Below, in pieces: positions 13,761-28,014 of a DNA stretch of 64,000 nucleotides; the first letter of the stretch is position 1; every line of letters begins with the position of its first letter. This stretch comes from Eledone cirrhosa (Eukaryota). The notes under the pieces were generated by a model. That model worked only from the letters and a program-made list of their open reading frames with translations, had not been told where the DNA came from and ran no database searches. Both the position numbers and the translations under genes were made by a program. The stretch is from NCBI GenBank assembly GCA_964016885.1, contig OZ024741.1, forward strand, positions 181,784,001-181,848,000. The letters run 5' to 3'.

Positions 13761-16700
13761 GACAGTCAACGCGACCAGTCGCATATTTTGGCGTGGGAGA
13801 CTATTTATTAAATTTAAGATGAATACTATCTCCGACAGTAATGCCACAACTACAGTCATGTTGAATAACTGGTTATTCTTCTAAAAATATCTTCTGAAGA
13901 CACCTTTTATTCGAATTCGTAGAGATATCCGACTAAATACATAATTCATTTTACAAGGATTTGCTACAAACAGCATGGCTGAACACAACATCAACAACAA
14001 AAAAATTAAGGGAGTACCGAAGACAAATAACAAGGAAGGTAAACAAACTTTATTCAGTTGTAGCTACAGAACAAACCGAAATTATAAATCGCATTTCTCT
14101 TGGAGTTGCGAACTTAATAATGATTTATTTAATTGTTATAAAATGGCAAAAAACAATCCCTCCATTGGCTATATGAACAGAATGAAGCTACACTGGGACG
14201 AAATACACACAGAGCTAAGTTATTTCACAGTGAAACAATTACGCCAAAAGCGACGTTTGTTGAACGTAAAAATAAGATAAATATTATTAATTGTAAGTCC
14301 CCCACAACAAACATGTTATCAACAACACGTGTTACAGGTCGCCATGCTACTAGACTTCCTAGCAGCCAGGTCGAAAGCTATGCCTGTAAAAAACTTGACA
14401 CCACCTGTACCATCTAAGTCTACCTTGAATGCTGGGGTAAACACTATCGATAATAATAATAACCGAAGAAATTTGACACCACGTGTACCATCCGAGTCTA
14501 CCTCGACTGTTGTGGAAAATACTATCGATAATGATAATCAAATGTATAAACAATTGAAATTTTCCCTCAACGAAATCTTCCAGAAAGAAATTAATTCATG
14601 TACAAATATCTCTCTTGCTGAACGTATTAAAACGACAATGTTTAATAAAAAACCAAATAATGAAATATTACGTGTTATTGACGAAATAGGGGATAAATAT
14701 TTACGACGGATAAAAACCCCAACATTTTGGCAAATCAACGCCTGTTTATATGCCTTAGCAACGGCAGTGAAGCATTATCTTGGTGATAGCAGAGATATTA
14801 ACAAGAACAGAACACCACCAAAAATACCATCATATATAACTAAAATAGAAAAAAAGATTGCTGACCTACGAAAAAACATAGGACATGTGACAATGTTCCT
14901 TACATGCAAACAAATACAAAAATACTTCTCTCCTCACCAACAAAGAGTGAAAAATAAAATAGAGACGATGTTTTTAACAATAGAACCGAACTCTCCAATA
15001 TAAGCTGATCACTCTCAAACAAGAATTGAGAGCTGTTAGCGAAAAACGCCGATACCTGAAGAAGATAGATGAGAGAAAATTGCTACAAAAAGATTCAGAC
15101 GAAACCAAACATCAGTCTATAGAGATATGAAGGAGGAAATAATAAGTGTCACTGAGGCCCCATCCCAGAAAGACATAGATTCCTTTTGGAACAAAATATG
15201 GGGTGAAAAAAAGAATTTCAACCAAGATGCAGTGTGGCTAAAAGAGATCCGAAAGAACTATTGCTCCTACGCTACAACAAAAACATACGAAATAAGTGAG
15301 GTTGCCCTTGAGACTGTTTTAGAAAACTCAAAGATAAGAAAACTCCAGGAAGAGACATGATTGTCGGCTACTGGTACAAAAAACTGATATTCTATCGGAG
15401 GTATCTTACTGACCTCTACCAACAAGTTCTTAAGGGAGATACACTTATACCAGAATGGTTGACATTAGCACAAACATTACTGGTCCCCAAGAACAAAGAC
15501 ACCCACTTGGCAAAAAACTACCGACCCATTGCATGCCAGAACCTGATGTATACGATGTATACAGCCTGCCTGAACCTATTCCTCCAAGATCACTGTGAAA
15601 ATAATAACATCATCACAGATGAACAAGCAGCTAGAAAGAAGGTTTGGGGATGTGCTGAGCAACTCCTAATCAACAAAACTGCGATGTCGGAGGTGCGACA
15701 ACTTAGGAGGAATATGGCTACAGTCTGGCTGGACTACAGGAAAACTTTCGATTCTGTTCCCCACTATTGGATGATAGAGGCCCTCCAACTTGCTAAAATC
15801 CCAGACATTATGTCAGAACCATAGAGAGGCTATCTTCTTCTTGGGCTACTATCCTAAGGTTAAAACAGAGGGAGGACTCTATTTTCACTGATAAAATAAA
15901 ATATTGCAGGGGTATATTTCAGGGGGACAGTTTCTCTGTGATATTAGTCATCTTGTCATTAAACCTCTTGTCCTTTCTGCTCAAGAAATGTGAGGGATAC
16001 ATCATTGGCTCACAGGAGGACGGAAATACGAACCTAACCCATAATTTCTTTGTGGATGATCTGAAACTCTATGCCAAGAACATGGATGGGATGAAGAAAA
16101 ATCTTGACCTCATTACAACGTTCCTCTAATGGTGTCTGTAATAAAGAACGCGTAACCAGGGAATACTACACCCGATTAAGAAAGATCTGGTCATCGGAAC
16201 TCTCTGCGCAAAACAAAACAGTGGCTCACAATGTGTTTGCTGCGCCTGTCCTAACACCAACGTTTGGAATACTCAATTGGACGATAGACGAAATCCGAGT
16301 AGTTGATGTTGGAACTCGAAAAATACTAAACAACACCGGAAATTTCCACATCAACAGTGACATAGACCGCCTTTACTTGAAACGTAAGCAGGGTGGTAGA
16401 GGCCTAACATCAGTCAAGGGATTTGAATGTCGCATCATATCTCTCCGACAACATCTACGAACCTCGAAGCGTAGGAGCCCGTTTCTCGAGCAAGTCTATC
16501 TGCATGAAACAGATAAGATCATGAGAGTTGGGAAGGAACTCCTCGAGAGATATTCCCTGTGTGATAATCAAAAACTCACACCCAGGGATGTCGCTCAGCA
16601 GTATCGCAGTGAATCCATGGATGAAAAGCTGCATGCTTATCATCAAAACATCATGCATGGATATGTTGCCAGGAAGCTCCAGAGTGAGAGTAATATAGAT

Positions 16701-17680
16701 AAGGAAAGTAGTCTATCTTGGACCAACTACCGCTATATTGGCTCCCACTTTGAAGGATACGTTTTTGCAATCCAAGAACAGGAGATTAACACGAAATAAC
16801 TGATTCACAAAAGAGATAGGGATGCAGGCAAAACACTTAGATGTGATAACAAGTGCAGACTCTGCAGAACTAACATCGAGGATATCACCCATATCATCAG
16901 CAGCTGTCCAAAGATGTCATCGCGGTACTATCTACCTATGAGGCATGATGCAGTGGCCAAAACACTTTACAATGCAGTTCGTAAAAAAGATAGCCCCGAT
17001 AATAAACACATTAAAAGCTACAGCAATGTGGAAGACATCCATGTACATAATATGAAAGAGTACTGGTGCAATGTTCAAGTAAAACCCCCAATAAAATGTA
17101 GGCATAACAGACCAGACATTATGATATGGGACAGAGAGAAGAAAGCATGCACAGTAGTGGAAATTAGCTGCCCAGCAGATGCCAATATAATATCAAAGAT
17201 TAGTTAAAAGGAGAATATTTATGCAGAACTGATGAGAAATCTGCAGATACTCCACCCTGATTACACCTTCAGAGTTATGCCTGTGATTATTGGGGCACTG
17301 GGGTATGTTAGTAACTGCCTCAATACAAATATTGAGAAGCTAGGCTTCACAGGAACAGAAATAACACAACTAGTTAGGAAATTACAAGTACAATCCATTA
17401 ATGGAACAGTAAACATATGTAAAACATTCCAAAAATGTTGCATCTAATAACTGCATATACACATGTACAGATACAAAGCATATACACATGCACACATACA
17501 ACTCAAAATATACACATCCACTCATACAATAACATCCATATCTACACATGCATGCATACATACATATCTACCTAGTTGATGTTGTGTAAATTCCAATGAG
17601 AGAGTCTTGTGTCTATGTTAGAAACCGACTCTCTCTCTCTATTGGTAACACTTTGTGAAATTATAAAACCAGAAGAAGAT
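13761..17680 (+). mobile_element. Near full-length R4/Dong-like non-LTR retrotransposon (RT + CCHC + restriction-like endonuclease), pseudogenised
   Basis: N-terminal GYMNRMKLHW. RT motifs YRPIAC, WLDYRKTFDSVPH, GIFQGDS, FFVDDLKLY, RLYLKRKQGGRGL. CRLC..HIISSC, RHDAVAK, HNRPDI, VVEISCP, PVIIGALG. There is an internal deletion near 16125. Both ends abut TACA repeats. Confidence 0.93.
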
Positions 17681-17709
17681 ACATACATATATATACCTTT
17701 ATATATGGA

Positions 17710-18070
17710 TAAAGTGTAAGAGTAAAGATCCCCTTCCGTCACGAATGACCACGGAATTTGCGTCTAGGATGTCACCCTCCGAGGCACAGGTCCGGGCAAG
17801 GTTGTTTATGGAAGACCAGCAGTCGCCCATGCATATCAGACTCCCTCTCCACTCCATCGATGTTGTCCAAGGTTATCCAAGGGAAAGGCAATGGCCGATA
17901 CAGCTCGGCACCAGTGACGTCGCAACTCATTCCTACAGCTGAGTGAACTGGAGCAATAAATAAAATAAAGCATCTTACTCCAGGACACAGTGTGAAATAT
18001 AGTGTCTTGCTCAAGGACACAACGCATCACCGGGTCCAAGAATCCAACTCACAATCTCATATATAGTGAA
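17710..18070 (-). mobile_element. SINE family B (tRNA-like head, long body); related degraded copies at ~18514-18780 (+), ~54300-54480, ~56030-56310 and ~62460-62600
   Basis: Shared blocks GGAAGACCAGCAGTCGCCCATGCATA, ATCGATGTTGTCCAAG, GAGTGAACTGGAGCAA and GTGTCTTGCTCAAGGACACAACGC. Confidence 0.75.
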
Positions 18071-20919
18071 ACGGCGTTTATCTCTACACAATGGTGACAC
18101 TCCAACATACCATTTCGACTTGGAAAATATGATGATGTTTCAGCTATCCCTTCTTTTCGTAAGTGTGTAGATATCTATTGAGGCAAAGAATTGACAGCCA
18201 CATTCGAACACCGACTAGAATACATTTGTCTTTCTTCTCTCTCTTCTTTTCTGGAAGAAGTCGGCTTTTCGCCTGTCTTCGCTGTCCAAACCAGAGTTTA
18301 ATGTTCTATAGATCTTTCAATACTTGTAAGAAGGTTTTCCCTGTGCTGGATTTGAATATATAGGTATTGGGCTTATGATTATAACGTCGTGAGTTCGATT
18401 CCCGGACTGCGCGACGCATTCTCTCATTGAGCTAAAATTAGAGATTATAATCAATCGATTTTTCTACTGATTATAATGTGTTACATTATAATGAATTTGA
18501 ATATATGTGTGTTGGGTTCACGATAGCAAGGTCGTGAGTTCGATACGAAGACTGGGTGGCACGGTGTGTCCTAGAGCACAGCATATTATTTCATGTTTCT
18601 CCACTTTACTTCGCTAAGAAAAATGTGTTACGACGATACGGGTGCCAAGCTATATCACTTTTATCTTTGTCTTTGAGAACACCACGAATGACAAGCATGG
18701 GCAATTGCTGGTCTTCCACAGAACATCTAGCCCAGATTTGTGATTTGGAGAGGAACTTCCCAGTTGCAAGCCCATAGTCAGTGGTATCGGACAGGAGCCT
18801 CTACTTCCCGTTGTTTCTTGATGAAATGAAACTACGTTATCATCGAGGAATGGCATAACAAACGTTTATATTATCTCTATATTATCACTGCTTGTCCAAT
18901 AGTAATCACTGAATAGATATGCCAATGATTAAAGTAAAGTGCAAATTCTTAACTTGAAATTAGAACATTTATTTGATCTGTCACTACCTAATTTTGGCAC
19001 GACATCGTAAAATGTATGGAAGAAGAACATTGTATGAAAGCCATGTATTTTGCTAAGGTGTAAAGCAAATACTTTTATTCAGCGGAGAGAGGAAAGTGCT
19101 CATAATCTTTTTTCAGGGTTTCCGTGATTAGTGGGAGGAACTGAACATATCCTCAGATGAGAAAACTGATAAAAACTTCTTCAAAAAAGTGCATTCTGCT
19201 AGAAATAATATCAAACCGCAAGAATAACTAATTGATTGCATTAATAGCATCCACAATATTGACCAATCACATTGACAAATCAACATCACAATATACATAT
19301 CATCATTTTATGAGTTACAGACATATCATTTACAACAACAATTTTCATTTGTTTGCCAGTCCTTTCAATACAACCGAGACTCTGGTTGTTTTGTCTAAAC
19401 GAAAAAACAAATTATATAAAATATAAAATACCATTGTATCCCATTTGTTTTCTTACCTCACTATAAAACACCTTTCATTAGTTCCTGCATCAAATAACAA
19501 TATAAACTAATAGAAAGATGCTATTACCTACTTTGTTTTATATAGATAAGTATTATATAGAAACATTTTACCATCATTACCATCAGCTGAATTGTTCGAA
19601 ATTGCCGAGAAAATGTTTTCTCTAAAACAGCCTAAAGCTTTGTAAGAACAACAGCAAATAATCTACGCTAATGCCGATATCGACTGGTTTAAGCTTCAAT
19701 ACTCTTTATACAAGTTAGAATTCATGGCAAATATTACATTTCTTATTGTAGTATTCTTAAAAGATTGTATTTTGTTTTTCTGCATTGCAAATAGCTTTAT
19801 ATATTCTTGCTAGCTAATACTATCGAATTTTATGTTACATTACTGTTATTGACAAATAGTTAGAGAACTTTTACTTTATATTGAAGTGATATAATTTAAA
19901 GAGTCTATTTCTATTTTTCATTCAAATAGTTTATTTCATTGTTGCATTGAATTGTTGGTAAAGTTGGTCTCATTGTATTTTTCGTCTGGGATGGGATTTA
20001 CAATCGTTACTGAAAGTGTTTGTAGAAATTGAAGCCGCAATAATAGCTTACTCTAGCAAAAAAAATGTATAAATGTAAAACTTTACTGTAGGGATATATT
20101 ACAATTACCAGAAGAAACAGCCTAAAGGTGACAGTGAATATGCAGTAATCATAGTAACAATTAATGTAATATTGTTAACAGTGGAAATGTACTGAAAGCT
20201 TACAGCTTCAATATGTATCAGTAGACATGTACTACACTTTTGCTGTGGAAACCTACTGCAAGTAGTAGTTGAAATTAAGTGTAAGAAGCCGTCAAAATAG
20301 ATTGTAAGTAATAGTAGTATATTATGCTGTTATCAACAGACAATCTGATGTTCTCTTTTGCCACAGAAGGATATCTGTTAACGGATTCGCACGAATGAAA
20401 CATTTACATTGGTAGAAGTAAATATGTAAGCGAATATAAAATTTGCTGTACTTTTATCATTATCACAGGTCTTGTAAAAGTGAGTTGCTGAATTATATCA
20501 AATATTAAATAAAATGTAGTATCAGCATCAGATTAAAGCTAATAGTGAAATGTTATTTTTCTCGGTCGTAAATATTTACATCATAAAATCGAGGGTAGAT
20601 ACAAATATTGGCACAACCCAGTAGGATCGAATTATTTTGGTCAGGTATTTTCTTGTATCTCTTTTATAGTCAGTGAAAGAATAATTAATTTTTCTGGACC
20701 CGAAAATAGGGAGCATCTACATGCTTACTCGTTCTGTTATAAATAGCAGCTAAATCTCACTCACACATCACGGCCTACTGTCGTAGCAACAACACTAATA
20801 ACAAGAACAGTAAAATGCAATTATTTTATTTTCATAGTAGTTAATCTTTTCTATGACTTACGTTTTTTATGCCGCACTTCTTCTTCTTCTTTTTCTCGGA
20901 GACCATCTTCTGTCTAGTT

Positions 20920-21230
20920 AAATAGTATCATGTCGCCTGCAAATTCAAACTAACTGATACTGTACCTGCCAATCATGATACCACTTCCAACCCGGCTATG
21001 CCTGTCATTCCTGTTCATGTAAATGATAAACAGAAGTACGGATCCTTGGCGGAGTCTGACTCCCACATTTAATGGTTTCGGTTTTGCACCATTTATGCAA
21101 GCACAAATACTAGGGCATCCGTATAGAGACATCAGGACAACAAGAAGCTGTCCATCGATCCGATACCCCTGCAGAACCCTCCACAGAAGGTCCCATGGAC
21201 CACGGTAATATGCCTGTTTGAGGTTAACCT
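20920..21230 (-). pseudogene. RTE-like reverse transcriptase fragment
   Basis: QAYYRGPWDLLWRVL...NVGVRLRQGSVL.FIIYM...EFAGDMIL (decayed motifs A, B' and C). Confidence 0.8.
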
Positions 21231-22418
21231 CCCCCCCCCATCTCTTGGCAGTACTCTGACGATTTCTCAATGACCTGTCAGGTAATTTGGTTTGCTGTTG
21301 TTTAGTCACATGTCAACCTTTATCAAACAAATCATTCATCAAAGACGTTCAATACTTCTATGTTTCAGAGAGTGTGCTTCCAGAGCAACAATATCTAATG
21401 TCTTTTTCTCGTTTTAAGACGCTTTGCTGTCCAAGTCGAGGTTTTTGTGAAATTTATTTGAATGGCGGACACATTAAAGCAGGATCCGACTGTGAATAAT
21501 TTAGGTACAATGCCTGCAAGTTAGTGGGGAAGGAGACATCGATTGTGTCGATTGCAGTACTTGACTGGTACTTTATTTTATCGATCCCGGAATGATGAAA
21601 AGCAAAGTTGATCATGGCAGGATTTGAACTCAGAATGTAAAGAGCGAGAACAAATACACACAATAACATTTTATCCGACACTGTACCAAATTTTCCAATC
21701 CACCATCAGATTCGATTGTTAACGACATAAGTATAGCTTGCGGTAGCTTCAGTGAAGTTCTCTACAATGGGAAGTCTCTGTTTTTCACGAAAAAGCACGG
21801 ACGTGTGCAAAACACATTGTCTCTGTAAGTTAGACAGGAAACTGATTCTTACTTCGCTTCAATGTAGCAAGTTGTTTTACATGAGCATATAGAGATCTCT
21901 CGTTAGTAAGATAACATTCAATAAGTATCATACGATCTGTCTTTGTTAAATACTCTTTTAAACCAAGCCTCTATGTGGTCATTCGAGCTCTAAAAATAAA
22001 TGCGAAAGTTGTTAAATTACGACTTACCAGCCTGAAAATATATAGCACCCACAGGATAATGTAAGTTTTGATATATTTTCTGAAAATAAGATCCCTATTC
22101 AAGTATGCTTGTTCACGATCAATCTGGAGTAAAATAGAAACAACGAAATCGTTTGGAAAAGCTTGAATATTACTACCTTCATATCACCTTTCTTAAAATA
22201 TATAGTCTCTGTGCCTCATAACATATCTATGAATCTTTTGTTATATCACTTCCACTTAGTTTACGGACAGGTATTAGGAATAACATTCAAAATGCTAGCG
22301 AGAGAGCAAGGCTTCTATGTGATTATTTCATCTACTAGAAAGAGTAACAAATTCTCACTAAAGTCGCAATCTACAGGCTTAAAAAGAAATGATACATTTC
22401 ATTATGTAGTTGTAGATA

Positions 22419-22608
22419 GGGCGGTGGATTGGCAGTATCGGTAGAGGGTCGGACGCCATGCTTTGCAGCAAAGAGTTACAGCCTTTTATGGTCTGAGTTC
22501 AAATCCCGCCGAGGTTAACTTTGCCTTTCATCCTTACAGGGTCGATAAAATAAAGTACCAGTAATACACTGGATAATTGCTGGCCTTGTGCCAAAAGTAG
22601 AAACAATT
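22419..22608 (+). mobile_element. tRNA-head SINE family A, full length with 18-bp TSD
   Basis: A-box-like TGGCAGTATCGG and B box GAGTTCAAATC. TSD ATTATGTAGTTGTAGATA at 22401-22418 and 22606-22623. The central domain resembles the Meta domain (from memory). Confidence 0.93.
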
Positions 22609-22970
22609 ATGTAGTTGTAGATATATTCTATATAAGAATATACGAGCAGTGGTCTGCATGATCAGGGATGACGTGGAGATAAACAAAGTAGCAACATGAA
22701 TATCACAAATTTCAAAATACTTTCTCTCTTAAAATACAGCTTTACTGTATCTGGTTTAACATGGTAAAAGGAAAGGGAAGACATGTTGATATAATACAAT
22801 TACTAATACAATGACCTATCTGATGTTAACCCTTTTAAGTGGTACTTATGAGACACAGCAAACATTGATATATTGTACCTGTTCTGAACCCGATATACAC
22901 AGCATACACACACACATATATATAATGTTTATATAAGGGATAGATTATTGAATAGATATAGATGGATAGC

Positions 22971-23047
<77 letters not shown>

Positions 23048-23781
23048 AAATTAGTCCTTCATCACTGATTTTCCAACCTTCATTGGTATTTCATCGCTTT
23101 AAAAATCATATACCTCTAGTTGGTGCGAGCAATAGCTAAATAAAGCTATTGGGACAAGTAAAATAGCGTGAAGCGAGCGAGACATGTAAACAAACAAAGA
23201 TGGTATTGCAACGGAAAGATAGGAAGAGAAAAGTATATGATATCTATAAGCTTAAGCTTGGTGAATTCATGGACGAGAGAGATATACAGACCATCCGACA
23301 TGGGTGAGATGTGAGCGAGAAAAGTATTTCACACAGGTCAAACGGGAGGAAGTGAGAGAGGGGTTAGTTACAAAATATCAGATAAGGAATATATTTACTT
23401 ACATGTATATATATTTACTTACATGTACTTGTGTTTGCACTTAATTAACATTCAGACTTAAATTTTTCTTTCAAGTGTACGTATCCTTTCACCCACGCAT
23501 TCACACACAAATATATTTGCACACCTCTACAAAATACATATACTCACAATTCACATATTCATACTTACATATATATACACATGCATACACATATATATAC
23601 ACACATGTATTCATGTACATACTTACGCGTTCATGTGTATACATTTTCATACTCAACTTATCTTTATATACACACGTATAGACACACACATATATACATA
23701 CTTACTCTAGTCCATGTGTACACACATACACATACATACACATCTATATACACATATATACATACATATACATATATATAC

Positions 23782-23864
<83 letters not shown>

Positions 23865-24168
23865 CACACACACATATACACACATATATACATATATATA
23901 TATAAGCACTTTAATACATGAATACACTTACATCTAACTATACACATCAAACATATATATATATTTACTTATTTATATACATTTTCACATATATATACAT
24001 ACTTATGGACGTTTTTAGACACATTCATTATCGCATATTTGCACCTATTCTCATCGGCATATCTTTCCATTATTAGTGTGGTAATTTAAGGTTATTAATA
24101 TATGTTGAGAAGAGATTGTTTTTATATTTTTCTAACTAGATTAAGGTTTATATAGTTGGGGGATGTCC

Positions 24169-25298
24169 TGGATGTCACACTCAATTTAAACTCTGGTTTG
24201 ATTAAACCGTTTCATAAATTGAATGAAAATCTCAAATACGTAAATGTTGGGTCTAACCACCCCATCTCTATAATTAAATCTATCCCTAAAAATATTTCCC
24301 TTAGAATCTCGGGTCTATCTTCTAACATACAAGTTTTTAAGGAACACGCCGAGTACTTCGATAACGCCCTTAGTAAAGCAGGCTACCTCAACAAAATAGA
24401 GTACATAGATGGGAACAATCAAAACACCCAAAATAAATCCCACATAGGTAGATATAATAACACAACACCAAACCACACTTACTACCATAGTATGCACACC
24501 AGTAAACCAACAAACAAAACTAATAGAAAGCGATGCAAAGAGTACTTATGGTATAACCCCGAATACAATAGTTCCATTAGTACAAATTTACCAGTACTCT
24601 TCTTTAAAATAATTAAAAGACATTTTCCCACATCACACAAATACCACAAAATCCTAAACCCTACCACTATAAGACTGTCATACTCTACAGCGTTAAACCT
24701 TGAACAACACATAAAAAAGATCAATACTAGAAGGTTAAACGAAAACACTAAGAACTTAAGTACAAAGAACACAAAAAAAACAGTAGACAATACACTACAG
24801 AACATAAATAAACCACACCTAAGTTCGTCCGCAATACTACTCCAGAGAAAACCCAACGTACACAACTGTAACTGCACCTATCCTGACAACTGCCCCCTCG
24901 GCAATAACTGCCTGGAAAAAAATATTATTTATAAGTGTACCATTAAATCCGGAGGCAACGAGTGGTATTACGTGGGATCAACGGCAACATCGTTTAAATC
25001 TCGATTGTATAGGCATTCTTACTCAATAAAACACCAGAGCCAAAGAAATGTAACAACTTTAGCAGAAAAGGCTTGGACGCTCAGGGATAACGATCAAAAG
25101 TTTACCCTAAAATGGGAGAAATTAGCTAAAACCCAAAGCTTTTCCAGGAGCCAAAATTTCTGCAAATTGTGTAATCTTGAGATTTATTACATAATCACAC
25201 ACAAGAAGAAACTGCTGAATAACAGAATTGAACGAACATTATTCTGCCGTCACAGAACTAAAACCCTTTTTTCCCACTACAAGCCGAATATTACATAA
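24169..25298 (+). CDS. Uninterrupted PLE RT-thumb + CxC-x5-C linker + GIY-YIG endonuclease (no RT catalytic core, no native start)
   Basis: LDVTLNL..KPFHK..YVNVGSNHP, WYNPEY, CNCTYPDNCPL, IIYKC..YYVGSTATSFKSRLYRH, CKLCNLE..LLNNR..CRH. Highly similar to ORF 31766-33094. Confidence 0.75.
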
Positions 25299-25611
25299 AA
25301 GAGGGACATCCCCCAACTATATAAACCTTAATCTAGTTAGAAAAATATAAAAACAATCTCTTCTCAACATATATTAATAACCTTAAATTACCACACTAAT
25401 AATGGAAAGATATGCCGATGAGAATAGGTGCAAATATGCGATAATGAATGTGTCTAAAAACGTCCATAAGTATGTATATATATGTGAAAATGTATATAAA
25501 TAAGTAAATATATATATATGTTTGATGTGTATAGTTAGATGTAAGTGTATTCATGTATTAAAGTGCTTTTATATATATATATGTATATATGTGTGTATAT
25601 GTGTGTGTGTA

Positions 25612-25682
<71 letters not shown>

Positions 25683-26252
25683 GTATATATATGTATATGT
25701 ATGTATATATGTGTATATAGATGTGTATGTATGTGTATGTGTGTACACATGGACTAGAGTAAGTATGTATATATGTGTGTGTCTATACGTGTGTATATAA
25801 AGATAAGTTGAGTATGAAAATGTATACACATGAGCGCGTAAGTATGTACATGAATACATGTGTGTATATATATGTGTATGCATATGTAAGTATGAATATG
25901 TGAATTGTGAGTATATGTATTTTGTAGAGGTGTGCAAATATATTTGTGTGTGAATGCGTGGGTGAAAGGATACGTACACTTGAAAGACAAATTTAAGTCT
26001 GAATGTTAATTAAGTGCAAACACAAAACCAACCACGCATATCTTTACTATCTCTAATCCTTCTATAGATTTAGAAAAATAACCAATAATATATTCTATAA
26101 AAAATGTCAAAACAACAGATGGGAATCTAATTACTCACTGCCACGAAGAATTCTCACTGCTATCGAAAAACCACTCCTTCAACTATTCTTCTAACAACTT
26201 CACCCCTCCCTCCTAATATTCTCTATAAAAACTAAATAGGTCCTCAGTAATA

Positions 26253-26372
26253 TTATTCTGATGAAATGACAGTAAATAATAACATTGAAATATTGAATGT
26301 CTGCATAACTAAAAGTTTGTAGATAGCAGCTGTTTTAGGTTATGTAACTGTTATAGAAACACGTGTCAATAA
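26253..26372 (+). ncRNA. Type-I hammerhead ribozyme, long stem II
   Basis: TTATT-CTGATGA-aATGACAGT...ACTGTTATa-GAAA-CACGTG-TC-AATAA. Canonical core, palindromic stem III, GUC cleavage triplet. Confidence 0.8.
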
Positions 26373-26434
26373 ATTCCTTTCAACTAAACTGTATCCATTC
26401 AAATCTTTCTATATATATATATATATATATGAGT

Positions 26435-27030
26435 GTGTAATTAATACACGCATACATTTATTTTTTCAATTTCAATTGAGTTCTTAACACGTTGGATTGA
26501 TAATGTTTTTGAAAAAACTAATCAACCCGAGTGTATATTATTTTTTTCTTTTCTCGTGTCGTGGTTGTCTCCCTTTCCCGCTTCGTTACGCTATGAAACT
26601 TCCTCAGTCAAAAGATTGCTTGAATTTCAAATTTGGCGGTCATTCGATGCGTCAAGGAGCAGCTTAGCGGACACGATTTTTAACTGCGGTAAGAATTTTT
26701 TCTTATTTCAAAGTTTAATGGGCTTCCACTGAAGATTTATAAGTGCCCACCTAAATATATTCTTACATGAATATATGTTAGGCTTCTACATAAACTGGAA
26801 ACATTCTCCCAACTTGTAGAAAACTTATAATGAAACAATTGTTTGGAAAGAGAGATATATTTTAACTTTAATTATATCTCATAAAATAATACAACTGGCT
26901 TTCCACAAAATACATATAGTTAGCACCCCAAACACTTAAATTGGGTTATACTAACATATAACCTAATGTTTGTTGAGTGAGATGGTTACCAGTCGGAGTT
27001 TAGCGTTAAGCTATCTCTGTTATTGTATTA
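26435..27030 (+). mobile_element. Non-coding hammerhead-bearing repeat (solo pLTR / retrozyme-like); inverted copies at ~59255-59860 and ~60258-60585
   Basis: High similarity to the reverse complement of 59255-59860. No ORF. Bounded by (TA)n. Confidence 0.85.
26724..26848 (+). ncRNA. Type-I hammerhead ribozyme, long stem II
   Basis: TTCCA-CTGAAGA-tTTATAAG...CTTATAAt-GAAA-CAATTG-TT-TGGAA. Confidence 0.75.
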
Positions 27031-27107
27031 ATATATATATATATATTTATATATAGATATATTATAAAGAAGAGAGACGGTTTTAAATGTACATCCTATG
27101 TTTATTA

Positions 27108-27300
27108 TCTATATATCTAAAACAGAGAATGTCTGTCTGTCTGTCTGTTTGTCTGACTCCCTAAAACTCGAGAACCACCCAACCTATTGTTTTCAAACTT
27201 TACACATGTAATATTTATGGTCCTGTGAGTGTTTTGAGAAAAACAATTTCAAATTTTCAATGCCCTAGGGACCGCAATAGGCGATTTAGCGATCTCTCGC
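27108..27300 (+). mobile_element. 5' end of a non-autonomous Helitron
   Basis: A|TCTATATATCTAAAACAGAGAATGTCTGTCTGTCTG..., the same terminus style as the elements ending at 58277 and 63884. The 3' end was not found. Confidence 0.6.
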
Positions 27301-27570
27301 TACAATTCTTAGTCTTTCTTTTTAGATAGATACATAGATATAGCGTTGCGCCCTTATAATAACTCTCTGTATGTCTGGTTGTCTGCATTACGACATTATG
27401 ACGCTATATATCTGTGTGTGTGTGTATGTATATATATAGTGTGTATATATATATAGTGTGTAACATTTTTCGAAATATTTCCTTCTGCGTTTACAGATTG
27501 ATTTTTTTAGTTTCAGAAGATCCCGTTAAGGGTGAAAGCAGGGATTCTTTGCTTAAAATTTAATCTGTTA

Positions 27571-27628
<58 letters not shown>

Positions 27629-27847
27629 TAAATTCGTGTACAGATATTTTTGCATACACAATAACAAAATATATACAAACGTATTTAGTTCACGAAGCTC
27701 GATAAGGATAAATATATATCAAATATATAAGAACCCTAGAGCAAATCCTGAGCGATGGGGTTCTTAATGGGGTTCTTAACCCTACTATCAGGCTAAATAA
27801 TTTCTTTAATTTCTTTAGTCCAAATACGGCGATAGCTTACATTTCTA

Positions 27848-27878
<31 letters not shown>

Positions 27879-27930
27879 GTAATGTATGTATGTATGTATG
27901 TATGTATGTATGTATGTATGTATGTATGTA

Positions 27931-28009
<79 letters not shown>

Positions 28010-28014
28010 TAGTT

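Larger units (their letters stand above)
23429..26410 (+). mobile_element. 5'-truncated PLE with inverted copy of its 3' region (arms 23429-24168 and 25304-26025)
   Basis: The arms are reverse complements with a few differences. The spacer encodes RT thumb + GIY-YIG. The 3' end carries a hammerhead and ends in (TA)n. Confidence 0.92.

Noticed and set aside
19400-20700. Repeat-poor stretch that might contain host exons or a UTR
   Set aside because: No ORF, splice pattern or homology is recognisable from sequence alone.
22419-22520. tRNA gene
   Set aside because: The A/B boxes belong to a multi-copy SINE head with a TSD, and no cloverleaf forms.
26253-26372. SECIS element in the long stem II (as in selenoprotein-encoding Naiad PLEs)
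   Set aside because: The ORFs have a C-terminal EN, use ordinary Cys codons, and show no in-frame TGA at Cys positions. No clear SECIS core was seen.
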